DNA of 64,000 nt from Candidatus Delongbacteria bacterium (GTDB taxonomy: Bacteria; CAIWAD01). Numbering within the stretch: the stretch's first letter is position 1; each line of letters opens with the position of its first letter. The notes under the pieces were generated by a model. The model worked only from the letters and a program-made list of their open reading frames with translations. It was not told the DNA's origin and did no database searches. A program made the position numbers and the translations under genes. Location of the stretch: NCBI GenBank assembly GCA_963663545.1, contig OY760505.1:1477937-1541936 (forward strand), given 5' to 3'. Shown here in pieces: positions 39,426 to 48,539 of this stretch.

Positions 39426-40451
39426 TCAACTCTGTGCAGAATCCAACTCCATCCCGCGGGGAACGCGGTTCCGCGAGTCCCCCAGCTCTAGCTCATCACG
39501 GTCATGGTGCATTCGCAACTGCATGAAATCCCTGGCCAGAATCGCCTTGGAACCCGCCTCGAGCAAGGCTCGCTCGAAGGGTTCCATCGAGGCCAGATAA
39601 CGGGTAGAAAAGTGCGTTAGCACCACATGGTGCGCCTGAGATTCGTCGGCAGCCCGTAAAGCATCCGAAAGCGTGGAGTGCTTCGTGCGGCGCGCTTGCT
39701 CCTGCTCGGCAGGATCGAAAGTGGCCTCGTGTATAAGCAGGTCGGCACCCTGGGCCAATTGCACCGCATTCTTGCAGTAGGCCGTATCGGTGCATATCGC
39801 CAGAGTCAGCCCCGATCGCTGCGGCCCCACCACTTCGTGCGGTTCCACGATGCGCCCATTGGCCAGTTCGACACACTCGCCCCGGATCAACCGACCGCGC
39901 TCCGGCCCGAAGGGGATCCCCAACTCCTCAGCTTTGGCTTCGTCAAACTGGCCGGGACGATGCTTCTCTTCGATGCGATAGCCAAGCGTATAGACTCGAT
40001 GCTTCAGCTTGGCGGCAAAAACGCGCAGGTCTACGGTTTCAAGCACCTGCCGTGGTTCATTGATTCCACCAAGCTCAACAATATCAATCTCATAGCTAAA
40101 ATCAGTCGAGGACAGCTCGCGCATAAATTTCAGGTAGGCACGCAAACCGGGAGGTCCAAGGAGCTGCAAGGGCTCCTCGCGCTTGTTCAATTGGAAACTG
40201 CTAAGCAGCCCCACCAACCCGTAGAAATGGTCGCCGTGCAGGTGCGTAATGAAAATTCTATCGATGCGACCACGGCGTATTCCCGAACGCAGTATCTGCA
40301 GCTGCGTCCCCTCGCCAGCGTCCACAAGCCAACTCTCACGCTCAAATTGCAACGCAAGACTGCTCACATTTCGCCGGGCCGTTGGTGTGGCGGAAGAAGT
40401 TCCCAGGAAGATAAGTTCGATCAAAACAGCCTCTTCTTTTGCGGCGTGCAA
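39426..40451 (-). CDS. rnz: Ribonuclease Z (tRNA 3' endonuclease), MBL fold
   Basis: HxHxDH motif ITHLHGDHFYGL; about 330 aa. Confidence 0.8.
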   Translation of the reverse strand: MHAAKEEAVLIELIFLGTSSATPTARRNVSSLALQFERESWLVDAGEGTQLQILRSGIRRGRIDRIFITHLHGDHFYGLVGLLSSFQLNKREEPLQLLGPPGLRAYLKFMRELSSTDFSYEIDIVELGGINEPRQVLETVDLRVFAAKLKHRVYTLGYRIEEKHRPGQFDEAKAEELGIPFGPERGRLIRGECVELANGRIVEPHEVVGPQRSGLTLAICTDTAYCKNAVQLAQGADLLIHEATFDPAEQEQARRTKHSTLSDALRAADESQAHHVVLTHFSTRYLASMEPFERALLEAGSKAILARDFMQLRMHHDRDELELGDSRNRVPRGMELDSAQS

Positions 40452-40702
40452 AATGATGAACGTCTCCTAGGAATGCAATTTTGCGCATTCGGTGTACCGG
40501 ACTCTTGCCCCTTCAGAGCTAGATCATTATTGTTCCCGGTTCTTGAACTGTGATGCCCACGGCTATCCCGCCCGACGCATCCCGCGGACCAGAACCTACC
40601 GCAACGGCCTCTCGGCCACAGCCGGCTCCTCTGCAGGTAGCACGAAGTGTGCGAGGACCGACTGGAGGCAACCTGCGCGCCCCTAACCAAGGAGATTCTG
40701 CC

Positions 40703-42016
40703 ATGAAGCGGATAGATCCGAAAGACGTGCATAGCGTCATCGGCAAGCACATGCTGGCGGACGCACTCGAGATCGTCGTCGACATTCACCAGAGCAAGGG
40801 TAGTTACCTGCACGATGCACGCACAGGCAAGGACTACCTGGACATGACCAGCTTCTTTGCTTCGCAGGCTCTGGGAATGAATCACCCCGCGCTGGATAAT
40901 CCCGAGTTCATCCAGGAAATCGGGCGCGCGGCTGTAAACAAAATCACCAACTCGGACTTCTACACCCCTGAGATGGCCGAGCTGGTCGAAGTGTTTGGCG
41001 AAGTGGGCATTCCTGATTATCTGCCCCATCTGTTCTTCGTCGAGGGCGGAGGTCTGGCCGTCGAGAACGCGCTGAAGACTGCCTTTGACTGGAAGCATCG
41101 CAAGAATCTGGCCGCAGGACGCGAGGTGAAGGCGAACGATCTGAAGGTGATCCACTTCCGCAACGCTTTCCACGGTCGCACCGGCTACACTCTGCCGCTA
41201 ACCAACACCGCCGATCCGCGCAAGTACATGTACTTCCCGCTGTTTGATTGGCCGCGTCTGGATCCGCCAGCGGTCAAGTTCCCCATTGATGAGGCTGAAA
41301 TCGCCCGCGTGAGCGCTGCCGAAGAGAAGTGCTTTGCCGAGATCCGCGAGACCGTTGCCAAGAACCCCAACCAGATTGCCGCACTAATCATCGAAGGCAT
41401 CATGGGCGAGGGCGGCGACAAGCATTTCCGTCCCGAGTTCATGCAGGGGCTGCGCAAGATCTGCGACGAGCTGGAAATCTTCTTCATCATTGATGAGGTG
41501 CAAAGCGGCGTCGGCATCAGCGGCAAGTTCTGGGCGCACCAGCACTACAACGTGAAGCCCGACTGCATCAGCTTTGGAAAAAAGAGCCAGGTCTGCGGCA
41601 TTCTGGCCGGTCCGCGCGTCGAGGAAGTCGAGAAGCACGTCTTTGCGGAATCCAGCCGCATCAATAGCACCTGGGGCGGCAACTTTGTCGACATGGTGCG
41701 CTTCTGTAAAATCCTGGAAGTCATTCGTGACGAGAACCTGCTGGAGAACGCCGTGGTCATGGGCGAGCGTCTGCAGAAGGGCCTGCAGGCTATCGCAGAC
41801 AAGCACGACTGTGTCACAAACGTTCGCGGCAAGGGTCTCTTCTGCGCCATCGACGTTCCCGCCGACAAGCGCCAGGCCATTCTGGATCGCTGCTACGAAA
41901 ACGGCATGATCATTCTGCCCTGCGGCGATTGCTCCATCCGTTTCCGTCCCGCGCTGGCGGTCACCGCAGATGACATTGACAAGGCGGTCGAGATCCTCGA
42001 GAAGAGCATCGCCTAA
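40703..42016 (+). CDS. lat: L-lysine 6-transaminase (lysine epsilon-aminotransferase), class III PLP aminotransferase
   Basis: Close block-wise similarity to LAT (HLFFVEGGGLAVENALKTAFDWK, FGKKSQVCG, SRINSTWGGN). AAGGAG RBS 9 nt upstream of ATG 40703. Confidence 0.8.
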   Translation: MKRIDPKDVHSVIGKHMLADALEIVVDIHQSKGSYLHDARTGKDYLDMTSFFASQALGMNHPALDNPEFIQEIGRAAVNKITNSDFYTPEMAELVEVFGEVGIPDYLPHLFFVEGGGLAVENALKTAFDWKHRKNLAAGREVKANDLKVIHFRNAFHGRTGYTLPLTNTADPRKYMYFPLFDWPRLDPPAVKFPIDEAEIARVSAAEEKCFAEIRETVAKNPNQIAALIIEGIMGEGGDKHFRPEFMQGLRKICDELEIFFIIDEVQSGVGISGKFWAHQHYNVKPDCISFGKKSQVCGILAGPRVEEVEKHVFAESSRINSTWGGNFVDMVRFCKILEVIRDENLLENAVVMGERLQKGLQAIADKHDCVTNVRGKGLFCAIDVPADKRQAILDRCYENGMIILPCGDCSIRFRPALAVTADDIDKAVEILEKSIA

Positions 42017-42038
42017 GTCGATTTCCTCAGTAAGCATA

Positions 42039-42068
42039 AGGCCCCGCATTGCGGGGCCTTTCTGTTTT
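42039..42068 (+). terminator. Rho-independent terminator after lat
   Basis: AGGCCCCGC-att-GCGGGGCCT hairpin followed by TTCTGTTTT. Confidence 0.7.
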
Positions 42069-42084
42069 CAGCTCGATTCGCGTA

Positions 42085-43050
42085 TCACAGCGGTTTGACG
42101 GGCTCGCAAATTTCCACTTCGAACAACCCTTCCGGATGCTGATCCGGGTCGTTGTGATACATCTCAAAACAGGGCCGATCATCAGGCTGGTAGCCACTCT
42201 CCGGCAGCCACTCGCCCATGATCATCTGCCAGGCCTCAGCAAACTGATCCTCACGCAGCGAGAATTTCCCAACAACGTATAATCCGCCAGGAAGTGACAT
42301 TCGACCAATATCCCCATCAGCAAGTGTGCCAGCAGGAACTTCGATGCACACACTCAGGCGCAGCTTCTCCTCCTCCGTCACTTCCGGGTTGTCGTGATAC
42401 ACGCAAAGAATGGATCCATCTTCCTTCAGCAATCCGCGCGGTCCGGCCCATTCGCAAAGACGCCCGATCAGTCTGCCAAAAAGCGCCCCGTCTCCGGCAT
42501 AAGGTCCCACGTGGCGAATGTAGGCCACTTCCATTGCGGGTAATTCCCGCACTTGCACATCGGCAGTCAACTTGCTCATCGAAATCCTCCAGCGTTGTTG
42601 CAATTGATCTGCCTCAAGGTAGTCCAGCGCGCTGCCCCCGGCTTCGCCGATCCTGCGCATCGTTTGTCCATTCCTGCTATTTCTCGCATGTGTATCACGC
42701 CACTCACTTGGACTCATGCCGTGCTGTTGACGAAAGGCCTTGCTGAACGCGGCCGGGCTGGCGAATCCTGCATCAAAGGCGATTTGTGTCACAGAGTCTC
42801 CGCCCGTGTGACAGAGCTTATCGGCGGCCTTCTCCAGGCGTACGCGACGTAGGAACGCATAGAGACTCTCGCCAACGAGGGCCCTGAAAATGCGGCTAAA
42901 ATGGTAAGGCGAAAAGCTGGCTACTTCCGCCAGTGTCTTCACCGTTAAGGTCTCACTCAGGTGCTGCTCGATGTAATCCAGTACGCGATTGATGCGTGCA
43001 ATATACTCGCGGCGGCTAGAGGCCGCACCCTCTCTGCTCCAAGGACTCAT
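42085..43050 (-). CDS. AraC-family transcriptional regulator with a GyrI-like effector-binding domain
   Basis: HTH (LAEVASFSPYHFSRIFRALVGESLYAF, AFDAGFASPAAFSKAF) plus a GyrI-like C-terminus. The start is at ATG 43048-43050, because the longer ORF would overlap nadE. Confidence 0.7.
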   Translation of the reverse strand: MSPWSREGAASSRREYIARINRVLDYIEQHLSETLTVKTLAEVASFSPYHFSRIFRALVGESLYAFLRRVRLEKAADKLCHTGGDSVTQIAFDAGFASPAAFSKAFRQQHGMSPSEWRDTHARNSRNGQTMRRIGEAGGSALDYLEADQLQQRWRISMSKLTADVQVRELPAMEVAYIRHVGPYAGDGALFGRLIGRLCEWAGPRGLLKEDGSILCVYHDNPEVTEEEKLRLSVCIEVPAGTLADGDIGRMSLPGGLYVVGKFSLREDQFAEAWQMIMGEWLPESGYQPDDRPCFEMYHNDPDQHPEGLFEVEICEPVKPL

Positions 43051-43147
43051 TGCTGCTCCACTATTTTCTGCATCGTGCACGAAGATAGCGATGCCTCCGC
43101 GACCGGCCACAACTGGCACCCTTCCTTTGCAAGTGCGACCTTGCAAC
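43051..43147. promoter_or_regulatory. Divergent promoter region between the AraC regulator and nadE
   Basis: 97-bp intergenic region between divergently oriented start codons. Confidence 0.4.
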
Positions 43148-43969
43148 ATGCCTGTATTGGAACTGGATCTACCCAAAGTGCGCGCCCACCTGGTGCGTTT
43201 TCTGCGTGAGGCCGTCGAGGATTCCGGCTTCGCGCGCGTGGTGCTGGGGCTCTCCGGCGGAATCGACTCCGCGCTGGCTGCGGCGATTGCTGCAGAAGCT
43301 CTTGGTCCGCAGAATGTACTCGGCCTGGAAATGCCCTGGCGCACTAGCAGCGCAGGCTCGCTATTGGATGCCGACGCCGTCGCCGATCACTTGGGCATAC
43401 AAGTGCGCCGCATCGAAATCACGCGCCCCGTCGAAGAGCTGGCTGCACTTCTGCCAGAGCCGACTCCGCTGCGGCTGGGCAATATCATGGCCCGCGTACG
43501 CATGATCTGCATCTTCGATGCAGCCGCCGAGACCGCCGCGCTGCCGCTGGGCACCTCCAACAAGAGCGAACTGCTGCTGGGTTACGGCACCTGGTACGGC
43601 GACCTGGCGAGCGCCATCAACCCTCTGGGCGACCTCTATAAGACACAGGTCTTTGCTCTGTCGCGCGAATTTGGGCTGCCCACCTGCGTCATCGAAAAAG
43701 CTCCCTCCGCTGACTTGGAAGAAGGTCAGACCGACGAGAGCGACCTGGGCTGGGAATACAGCCTGATCGACCAGATACTATTGCGCTACGCTGACCTTCG
43801 CTGGACACGGGAACGCATCAAGGCAGACGGCTACCCCGTCGAGGCAGTGGACAGTCTGCTGGACCGTGTATCACGCCAGCATTTCAAACGCCTCACACCC
43901 GTGATACCCAAAATCAGCCCGCGTACCTTCAACTTGGACTGGCTCTATCGCAGGGACAGCAAGCGATGA
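43148..43969 (+). CDS. nadE: NH3-dependent NAD+ synthetase
   Basis: PP-loop LGLSGGIDSALAAAIAAEALG. Confidence 0.85.
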   Translation: MPVLELDLPKVRAHLVRFLREAVEDSGFARVVLGLSGGIDSALAAAIAAEALGPQNVLGLEMPWRTSSAGSLLDADAVADHLGIQVRRIEITRPVEELAALLPEPTPLRLGNIMARVRMICIFDAAAETAALPLGTSNKSELLLGYGTWYGDLASAINPLGDLYKTQVFALSREFGLPTCVIEKAPSADLEEGQTDESDLGWEYSLIDQILLRYADLRWTRERIKADGYPVEAVDSLLDRVSRQHFKRLTPVIPKISPRTFNLDWLYRRDSKR

Positions 43970-44700
43970 AAGGCCGGCTGTTTCTAGTGCCCACGCCCAT
44001 CGGCAATCTGGCAGACATGACGCCGCGCGCAGTGGAGGTGCTTTCGCAGGCGGATTTGATCGCTTGCGAGGATACGCGCACGTCACGCCGTCTGCTGGAC
44101 CACTTCGGTATCACGACGCCGACCACCAGCTATCATGACTTTTCAGGCGAGCGCGACCGCGACCGGCTGCTGAAGCGGCTGGAAGGCGGAGACGATGTTG
44201 CGCTGATCAGCGACGCAGGCACACCGGGGATTTCCGATCCAGCCTATAAGCTGGTGCACGAGGCGCGTCTGGCCGGTGTCACGGTCTCCGCACTGCCTGG
44301 TGCCTCCAGCATTTTGCCCGCGCTGACCGGTTGCGGATTGCCCTGCGATCGCTTCCGCTACATGGGCTTTGTTCCGCGCAAGAAAGGGCGTCAGACTTTT
44401 CTGCAGGAAGCCCTGGCCAGCGAAGAAACCAGCATCCTGCTCGAATCGCCGCACCGCGTACTCGCCACACTTGCCTTTCTTGCTGAGGCTGAGCCGGAAC
44501 GAATGCTTGGTGTAGCACGCGAGATCAGCAAAGTGCACGAGGAATTCCTGCGTGACACATGTGCCGCGGTACTGGTACACTTCACCGAAAACGCCATTCG
44601 CGGAGAATTCGTGCTGGTGCTGGAAGGCCGTGCCGCCGCAGAAAAGCGTCTACGCAAGGCTGAGAACGACAACACGCATCACGAAGGAGTCCCCTACTAG
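43966..44700 (+). CDS. rsmI: 16S rRNA (cytidine1402-2'-O)-methyltransferase RsmI
   Basis: N-terminal LFLVPTPIGNLADMTPRAVEVL and the tetrapyrrole methylase fold. Confidence 0.8.
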   Translation: MKGRLFLVPTPIGNLADMTPRAVEVLSQADLIACEDTRTSRRLLDHFGITTPTTSYHDFSGERDRDRLLKRLEGGDDVALISDAGTPGISDPAYKLVHEARLAGVTVSALPGASSILPALTGCGLPCDRFRYMGFVPRKKGRQTFLQEALASEETSILLESPHRVLATLAFLAEAEPERMLGVAREISKVHEEFLRDTCAAVLVHFTENAIRGEFVLVLEGRAAAEKRLRKAENDNTHHEGVPY

Positions 44701-45515
44701 TGTTCCCGACAATCTTTCAGGCAGGCCCCTTCCGCCTCAGTTCTTATGGGTTGATGATCACGCTGGCCTTCATCGCAGGTGTATCACTCAGTTCCTGGCG
44801 CTCACGCCGCCGGGGCTATCCACCGAACTTCATTCAAGACCTGGCCGTTGTGGTACTTGTCTCCTCTATCTTCGGAGCACGTCTGCTCTACATCGTGACA
44901 CATCTTGAAGAATTCGCAGGTCAGTGGTGGCGCACCATTGTACCTATTCAGAGCGACGGCACTATCGGCATTGCAGGACTGGTTCTGCTGGGCGGGGTGC
45001 TGGGAGCAATCCCCGCAGGTATCTGGTACACACTCCGCAAAGGGCAAAGCGTAACACGCACCATGGATATCGTTGCACCGGCTATGGCACTGGGTATTGC
45101 CATTGGTCGCGTGGGTTGTCTCCTCAATGGTTGCTGTTTCGGCAAACCCTGCAGCGCTCCGTGGGCTATTCACTTTCCCGCCGACAGCTGGCCCTCATAC
45201 ATGTATCACGGGCTGGCGCTGCATCCGACGCAGATCTATTCAATGGGGTGGAATCTGCTGACAGCGCTTTTCCTTTTGTGGTACGACAGCCGCAGACATG
45301 CGCCGGGTCAGGCCTTCGCCCTCTTTCTCGTCCTCTACGGCCCCGGTCGTTTCGTGGTCGAGTTCTTCCGCTACTACGAGCAGAGCATGAAGCTCTTTGC
45401 GATTGGCAATTGGCAAGTAACCGTCAGCCAGCTCATCAGCCTCGGCATGGTGGCGGGTGGTCTCTGGTTGTATCACGAATTCGGTCGCAGGCACCGCGCG
45501 GGAGTCGAACTGTGA
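44700..45515 (+). CDS. lgt: Prolipoprotein diacylglyceryl transferase
   Basis: Lgt signature GRVGCLLNGCCFGKP; multi-TM. Confidence 0.85.
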   Translation: MFPTIFQAGPFRLSSYGLMITLAFIAGVSLSSWRSRRRGYPPNFIQDLAVVVLVSSIFGARLLYIVTHLEEFAGQWWRTIVPIQSDGTIGIAGLVLLGGVLGAIPAGIWYTLRKGQSVTRTMDIVAPAMALGIAIGRVGCLLNGCCFGKPCSAPWAIHFPADSWPSYMYHGLALHPTQIYSMGWNLLTALFLLWYDSRRHAPGQAFALFLVLYGPGRFVVEFFRYYEQSMKLFAIGNWQVTVSQLISLGMVAGGLWLYHEFGRRHRAGVEL

Positions 45516-46174
45516 CACGCGCACTGGTCATCAGTCTGGAAGGCAGCGACGGGGCAGGCAAGGGAACGCAGCTCCAGGCCATTCAGCAATGGCTGGACGA
45601 GCGCGGCTTCTCGTATCGCACTTTTCGCGAACCCGGCGGGTCACGCATCTCTGAGCAGATTCGTGCGGTACTCCTGGCACCCGAAAACACGGCAATGACG
45701 GGCGATACCGAATTACTGCTCTACACAGCCAGTCGCCTCCAACTGATCCACGAATGTCTTCTGCCGCTGCTGCCAGTGCTGGACGTGCTGCTCTTGGATC
45801 GCTACAACGATTCCACCACCGCCTATCAGGGTTTCGGTCGCCGGTTGGAGCGGGAAACCGTGGAAAATTGTCGCCGTCTGGTGCGCCGCCATTTGTGGCC
45901 GGACCGCACCTACTGGCTGGATCTGGACCCTGACATGGGCCTGCGCCGTGTGGAGATGCGGGACGAAGGAATTCGGGATCGTCTGGAGCAGGAAGAACTC
46001 AGCTTCTTCCAACGAGTCCGCGAAGGCTATCAGTACTTGGCTGCGGAGGAACCCGGACGCATCCTGCGCGTTGATGCCGAATTGCCTCCGGCAGAAGTAA
46101 GCGGCCTGATTCTGAAGGATCTGGAAGGCTGCTTGAATGCCGGCGGGCGCAAAGTCCCAAGGAGTACGCCATGA
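45512..46174 (+). CDS. tmk: Thymidylate kinase (GTG start overlapping the lgt stop, GTGA)
   Basis: P-loop ISLEGSDGAGKGTQ, DRY-like motif. It is in frame within the longer spurious ORF 44924..46174. Confidence 0.8.
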   Translation: MTRALVISLEGSDGAGKGTQLQAIQQWLDERGFSYRTFREPGGSRISEQIRAVLLAPENTAMTGDTELLLYTASRLQLIHECLLPLLPVLDVLLLDRYNDSTTAYQGFGRRLERETVENCRRLVRRHLWPDRTYWLDLDPDMGLRRVEMRDEGIRDRLEQEELSFFQRVREGYQYLAAEEPGRILRVDAELPPAEVSGLILKDLEGCLNAGGRKVPRSTP

Positions 46175-47847
46175 AGTTTCGCCCGACCCTGCTACTGCTG
46201 TGCCTGCTGCCGCTGATGCTCCTGCTTGGCGCGTCACAGGATCAGGATCGCCAGGAATACATCAAAGACGTTCGCACCAGCCTCAAGCGCTTCGGCGAAG
46301 TCTACCGGCAGCTCAGTTTCCGCTATGTGGACCAGATTGATCCCGAGGCGGGCATTGAAGCCGCCATTCGTGGTCTGATGCACGAGCTGGACCCCTACAC
46401 AGATTACTTCGTCGAGGAGGAAGCGCGCGATCTGGACGAGATGTCCCAGGGCGAATACGGAGGCATTGGTGCCGAAGTGGGACAACGCGGCAGCGACAAG
46501 CGTGTTACAATCATCAGTCCCTTCGACGATTCACCCGCTGACAAAGTGGGTTTGCGCGCCGGAGATATCATCGACGCCGTCGATGGCGTCAGCACACTGG
46601 ACCGCTCATTGAGCGAAGTTGTCGGCGAGATTAAAGGCCCTCGCGGCACTAAGGTCACGCTGAGCATCTTGCGCGCCGGCTGGTCCAAGGCTGTGGACTA
46701 CACTCTCACCCGCGACGTGATCGTGATACGCGACGTGCGTTACGCGGGCATAGTGGACGAGGATCAGGCCCTTGGCTACGTGCGTCTCACGCGCTTTTCG
46801 GGCAAGGCTTCTGAAAGCCTGAGCGAGGCGATCGAAGGGCTGAAGGCTCAGGGCATGCGCGGACTCATTCTGGATCTGCGTGGCAACCCAGGCGGTCTCT
46901 TGCGCGAGGCAGGGGATGTGGCCGACCTGTTCCTGGAGCCCGGCCTGCCCATCGTGGACACGCGCGACCGCCAGGGCAATGTTGAAAAGGACATTCGCTC
47001 CGAGCATGAACCCGTTTTCGACGGCCCGCTACTGGTGATGATTGATGGCAGCAGTGCCAGTGCCAGCGAGATTGTCGCCGGTGCCCTGCAGGATCACGAC
47101 CGCGCCGTGGTACTGGGCACCAACAGCTATGGCAAAGGTCTGGTCCAGAGCGTGTACACCATTGATGATGACGCTCGCCTGAAACTAACCACCGCACGCT
47201 ACTACCTGCCTAGTGGCCGACTAATCCAACGCATCGACTACTTCGAAAACAATGATGTGTTGAATCACGTGGAAACCGCCAGTCTGCTTAGCGACAGCCT
47301 CTTCGTAACTGACGATGGACGTCCAGTAGTGGGCGGTCGCGGCATTCAGCCTGATCTCGAAGTGAAGTACGAGCCGACACCGTGGTTTGTCAGTGAACTG
47401 TGGCGCGCCGGTCTGTTCACCAATTTCCTCGCAGACGCAAAACCCGCCCTCAAGCCAACGGCAGAAGTAGATGCGCACATGCTGAAACGCTTCCACGAAT
47501 TTGTGCTGGCCACCGAGCAGGAGTTCGACACTCCCGGCAGCAAAGAGTTGGAAGACCTGGCGACGCTGATCGAGCGCGAGCAACTTGGCGAAACGGCAAG
47601 CACTGCCCTTGAAGAGCTTCGTTCGGCCATGGGCGGTGATACACAGGCTCAACTCGAGCAGAACGAAAACTGGCTGATCAAGATGCTGACCCTCGAGCAA
47701 GCCGAGCGCCGTGGCGGAAGCGAAGAACGCGCCAAGGCCAGCCTGCTTTTTGATGCTCAATTCGACCGTGCGGTCCAGCTGCTGAATTCCGACGGTGAAT
47801 TCCGCGCGCTGTTATCGGCCCCTGTGGAGCGCGCGGACATTGATTGA
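46171..47847 (+). CDS. ctpA: C-terminal processing peptidase (S41, CtpA/Prc family) with a PDZ domain
   Basis: PDZ (GLRAGDIIDAVDG) and S41 motifs (LILDLRGNPGGLL, SASASE); signal peptide. Confidence 0.8.
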   Translation: MKFRPTLLLLCLLPLMLLLGASQDQDRQEYIKDVRTSLKRFGEVYRQLSFRYVDQIDPEAGIEAAIRGLMHELDPYTDYFVEEEARDLDEMSQGEYGGIGAEVGQRGSDKRVTIISPFDDSPADKVGLRAGDIIDAVDGVSTLDRSLSEVVGEIKGPRGTKVTLSILRAGWSKAVDYTLTRDVIVIRDVRYAGIVDEDQALGYVRLTRFSGKASESLSEAIEGLKAQGMRGLILDLRGNPGGLLREAGDVADLFLEPGLPIVDTRDRQGNVEKDIRSEHEPVFDGPLLVMIDGSSASASEIVAGALQDHDRAVVLGTNSYGKGLVQSVYTIDDDARLKLTTARYYLPSGRLIQRIDYFENNDVLNHVETASLLSDSLFVTDDGRPVVGGRGIQPDLEVKYEPTPWFVSELWRAGLFTNFLADAKPALKPTAEVDAHMLKRFHEFVLATEQEFDTPGSKELEDLATLIEREQLGETASTALEELRSAMGGDTQAQLEQNENWLIKMLTLEQAERRGGSEERAKASLLFDAQFDRAVQLLNSDGEFRALLSAPVERADID

Positions 47848-48523
47848 TTCAGCACTCTCGCAAGCACCTGTCTTCTTCACCGACTTTGACGGGACAATAA
47901 CGAACCGTGATACGCTGGTCGCTCTGCTGGATCACTACGCCGACCCCAAAAGATGTGGCTGTGACTGGCGCGATATCGAGTTCGACCCCACCCGCCCCGA
48001 AGTCGACAAGTTGCAGGCCGAACTCGATCTGCTCAACTGCTCGCTTCCAGAAGCACTGGCCTTCATTGACAAAGAGATCCGTCTGCGCTCCGGTTTCCTG
48101 AGCTGCGCGCGCCGTTTGGCGGAACAGAAGATCCCGCTGATCGTGCTTTCCGGCGGACTGCTGCCCCTGATTCATCACGTTCTGGACCCGCTTGAACTGG
48201 ACAACCTGCAGATCTTCGCCAACGATCTGCGAATCGATAACGGTCGATGGTTGGCCACGCGGCCCGATCTGCCTCGCAGCGGCAAGAGCTGCAATCACTG
48301 CAAGAGCTGGCACTTGCGCCAACTTACAGGACAGAGCCGCTTGCGCATCTACGCTGGCGACGGAAGTACGGACTTCTGCGCTGCCGGTCTTGCCGATGTG
48401 GTTTTCGCTCGTGATACACTGGCTACTCATTTTCACCGCACGGAGAGGCGCTACCAACGCTTCCGTGACTGGCACGATGTGACACAATATCTCGTGAGTC
48501 ACGAGATTCTTGCCTCTGACTGA
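47840..48523 (+). CDS. HAD-superfamily phosphatase, MtnX-like (2-hydroxy-3-keto-5-methylthiopentenyl-1-phosphate phosphatase family)
   Basis: Motif I FTDFDGTIT and motif IV YAGDGSTDFCAAGLADVVFARD; block similarity to MtnX. The start is probably TTG 47840. Confidence 0.6.
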   Translation: MIDSALSQAPVFFTDFDGTITNRDTLVALLDHYADPKRCGCDWRDIEFDPTRPEVDKLQAELDLLNCSLPEALAFIDKEIRLRSGFLSCARRLAEQKIPLIVLSGGLLPLIHHVLDPLELDNLQIFANDLRIDNGRWLATRPDLPRSGKSCNHCKSWHLRQLTGQSRLRIYAGDGSTDFCAAGLADVVFARDTLATHFHRTERRYQRFRDWHDVTQYLVSHEILASD

Positions 48524-48539
48524 TTTCCCCGGAGATTCA

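Noticed and set aside
40452-40702. Lysine riboswitch in the lat leader
   Set aside because: I could not recognise the conserved L-box core elements by eye. It remains only an unusually long leader until a covariance-model search is run.
44924-46174. 416-aa ORF spanning lgt and tmk
   Set aside because: It is a frame-shadow of lgt fused in frame to genuine tmk, which starts at GTG 45512. Only the C-terminal 220 aa carry thymidylate kinase motifs.
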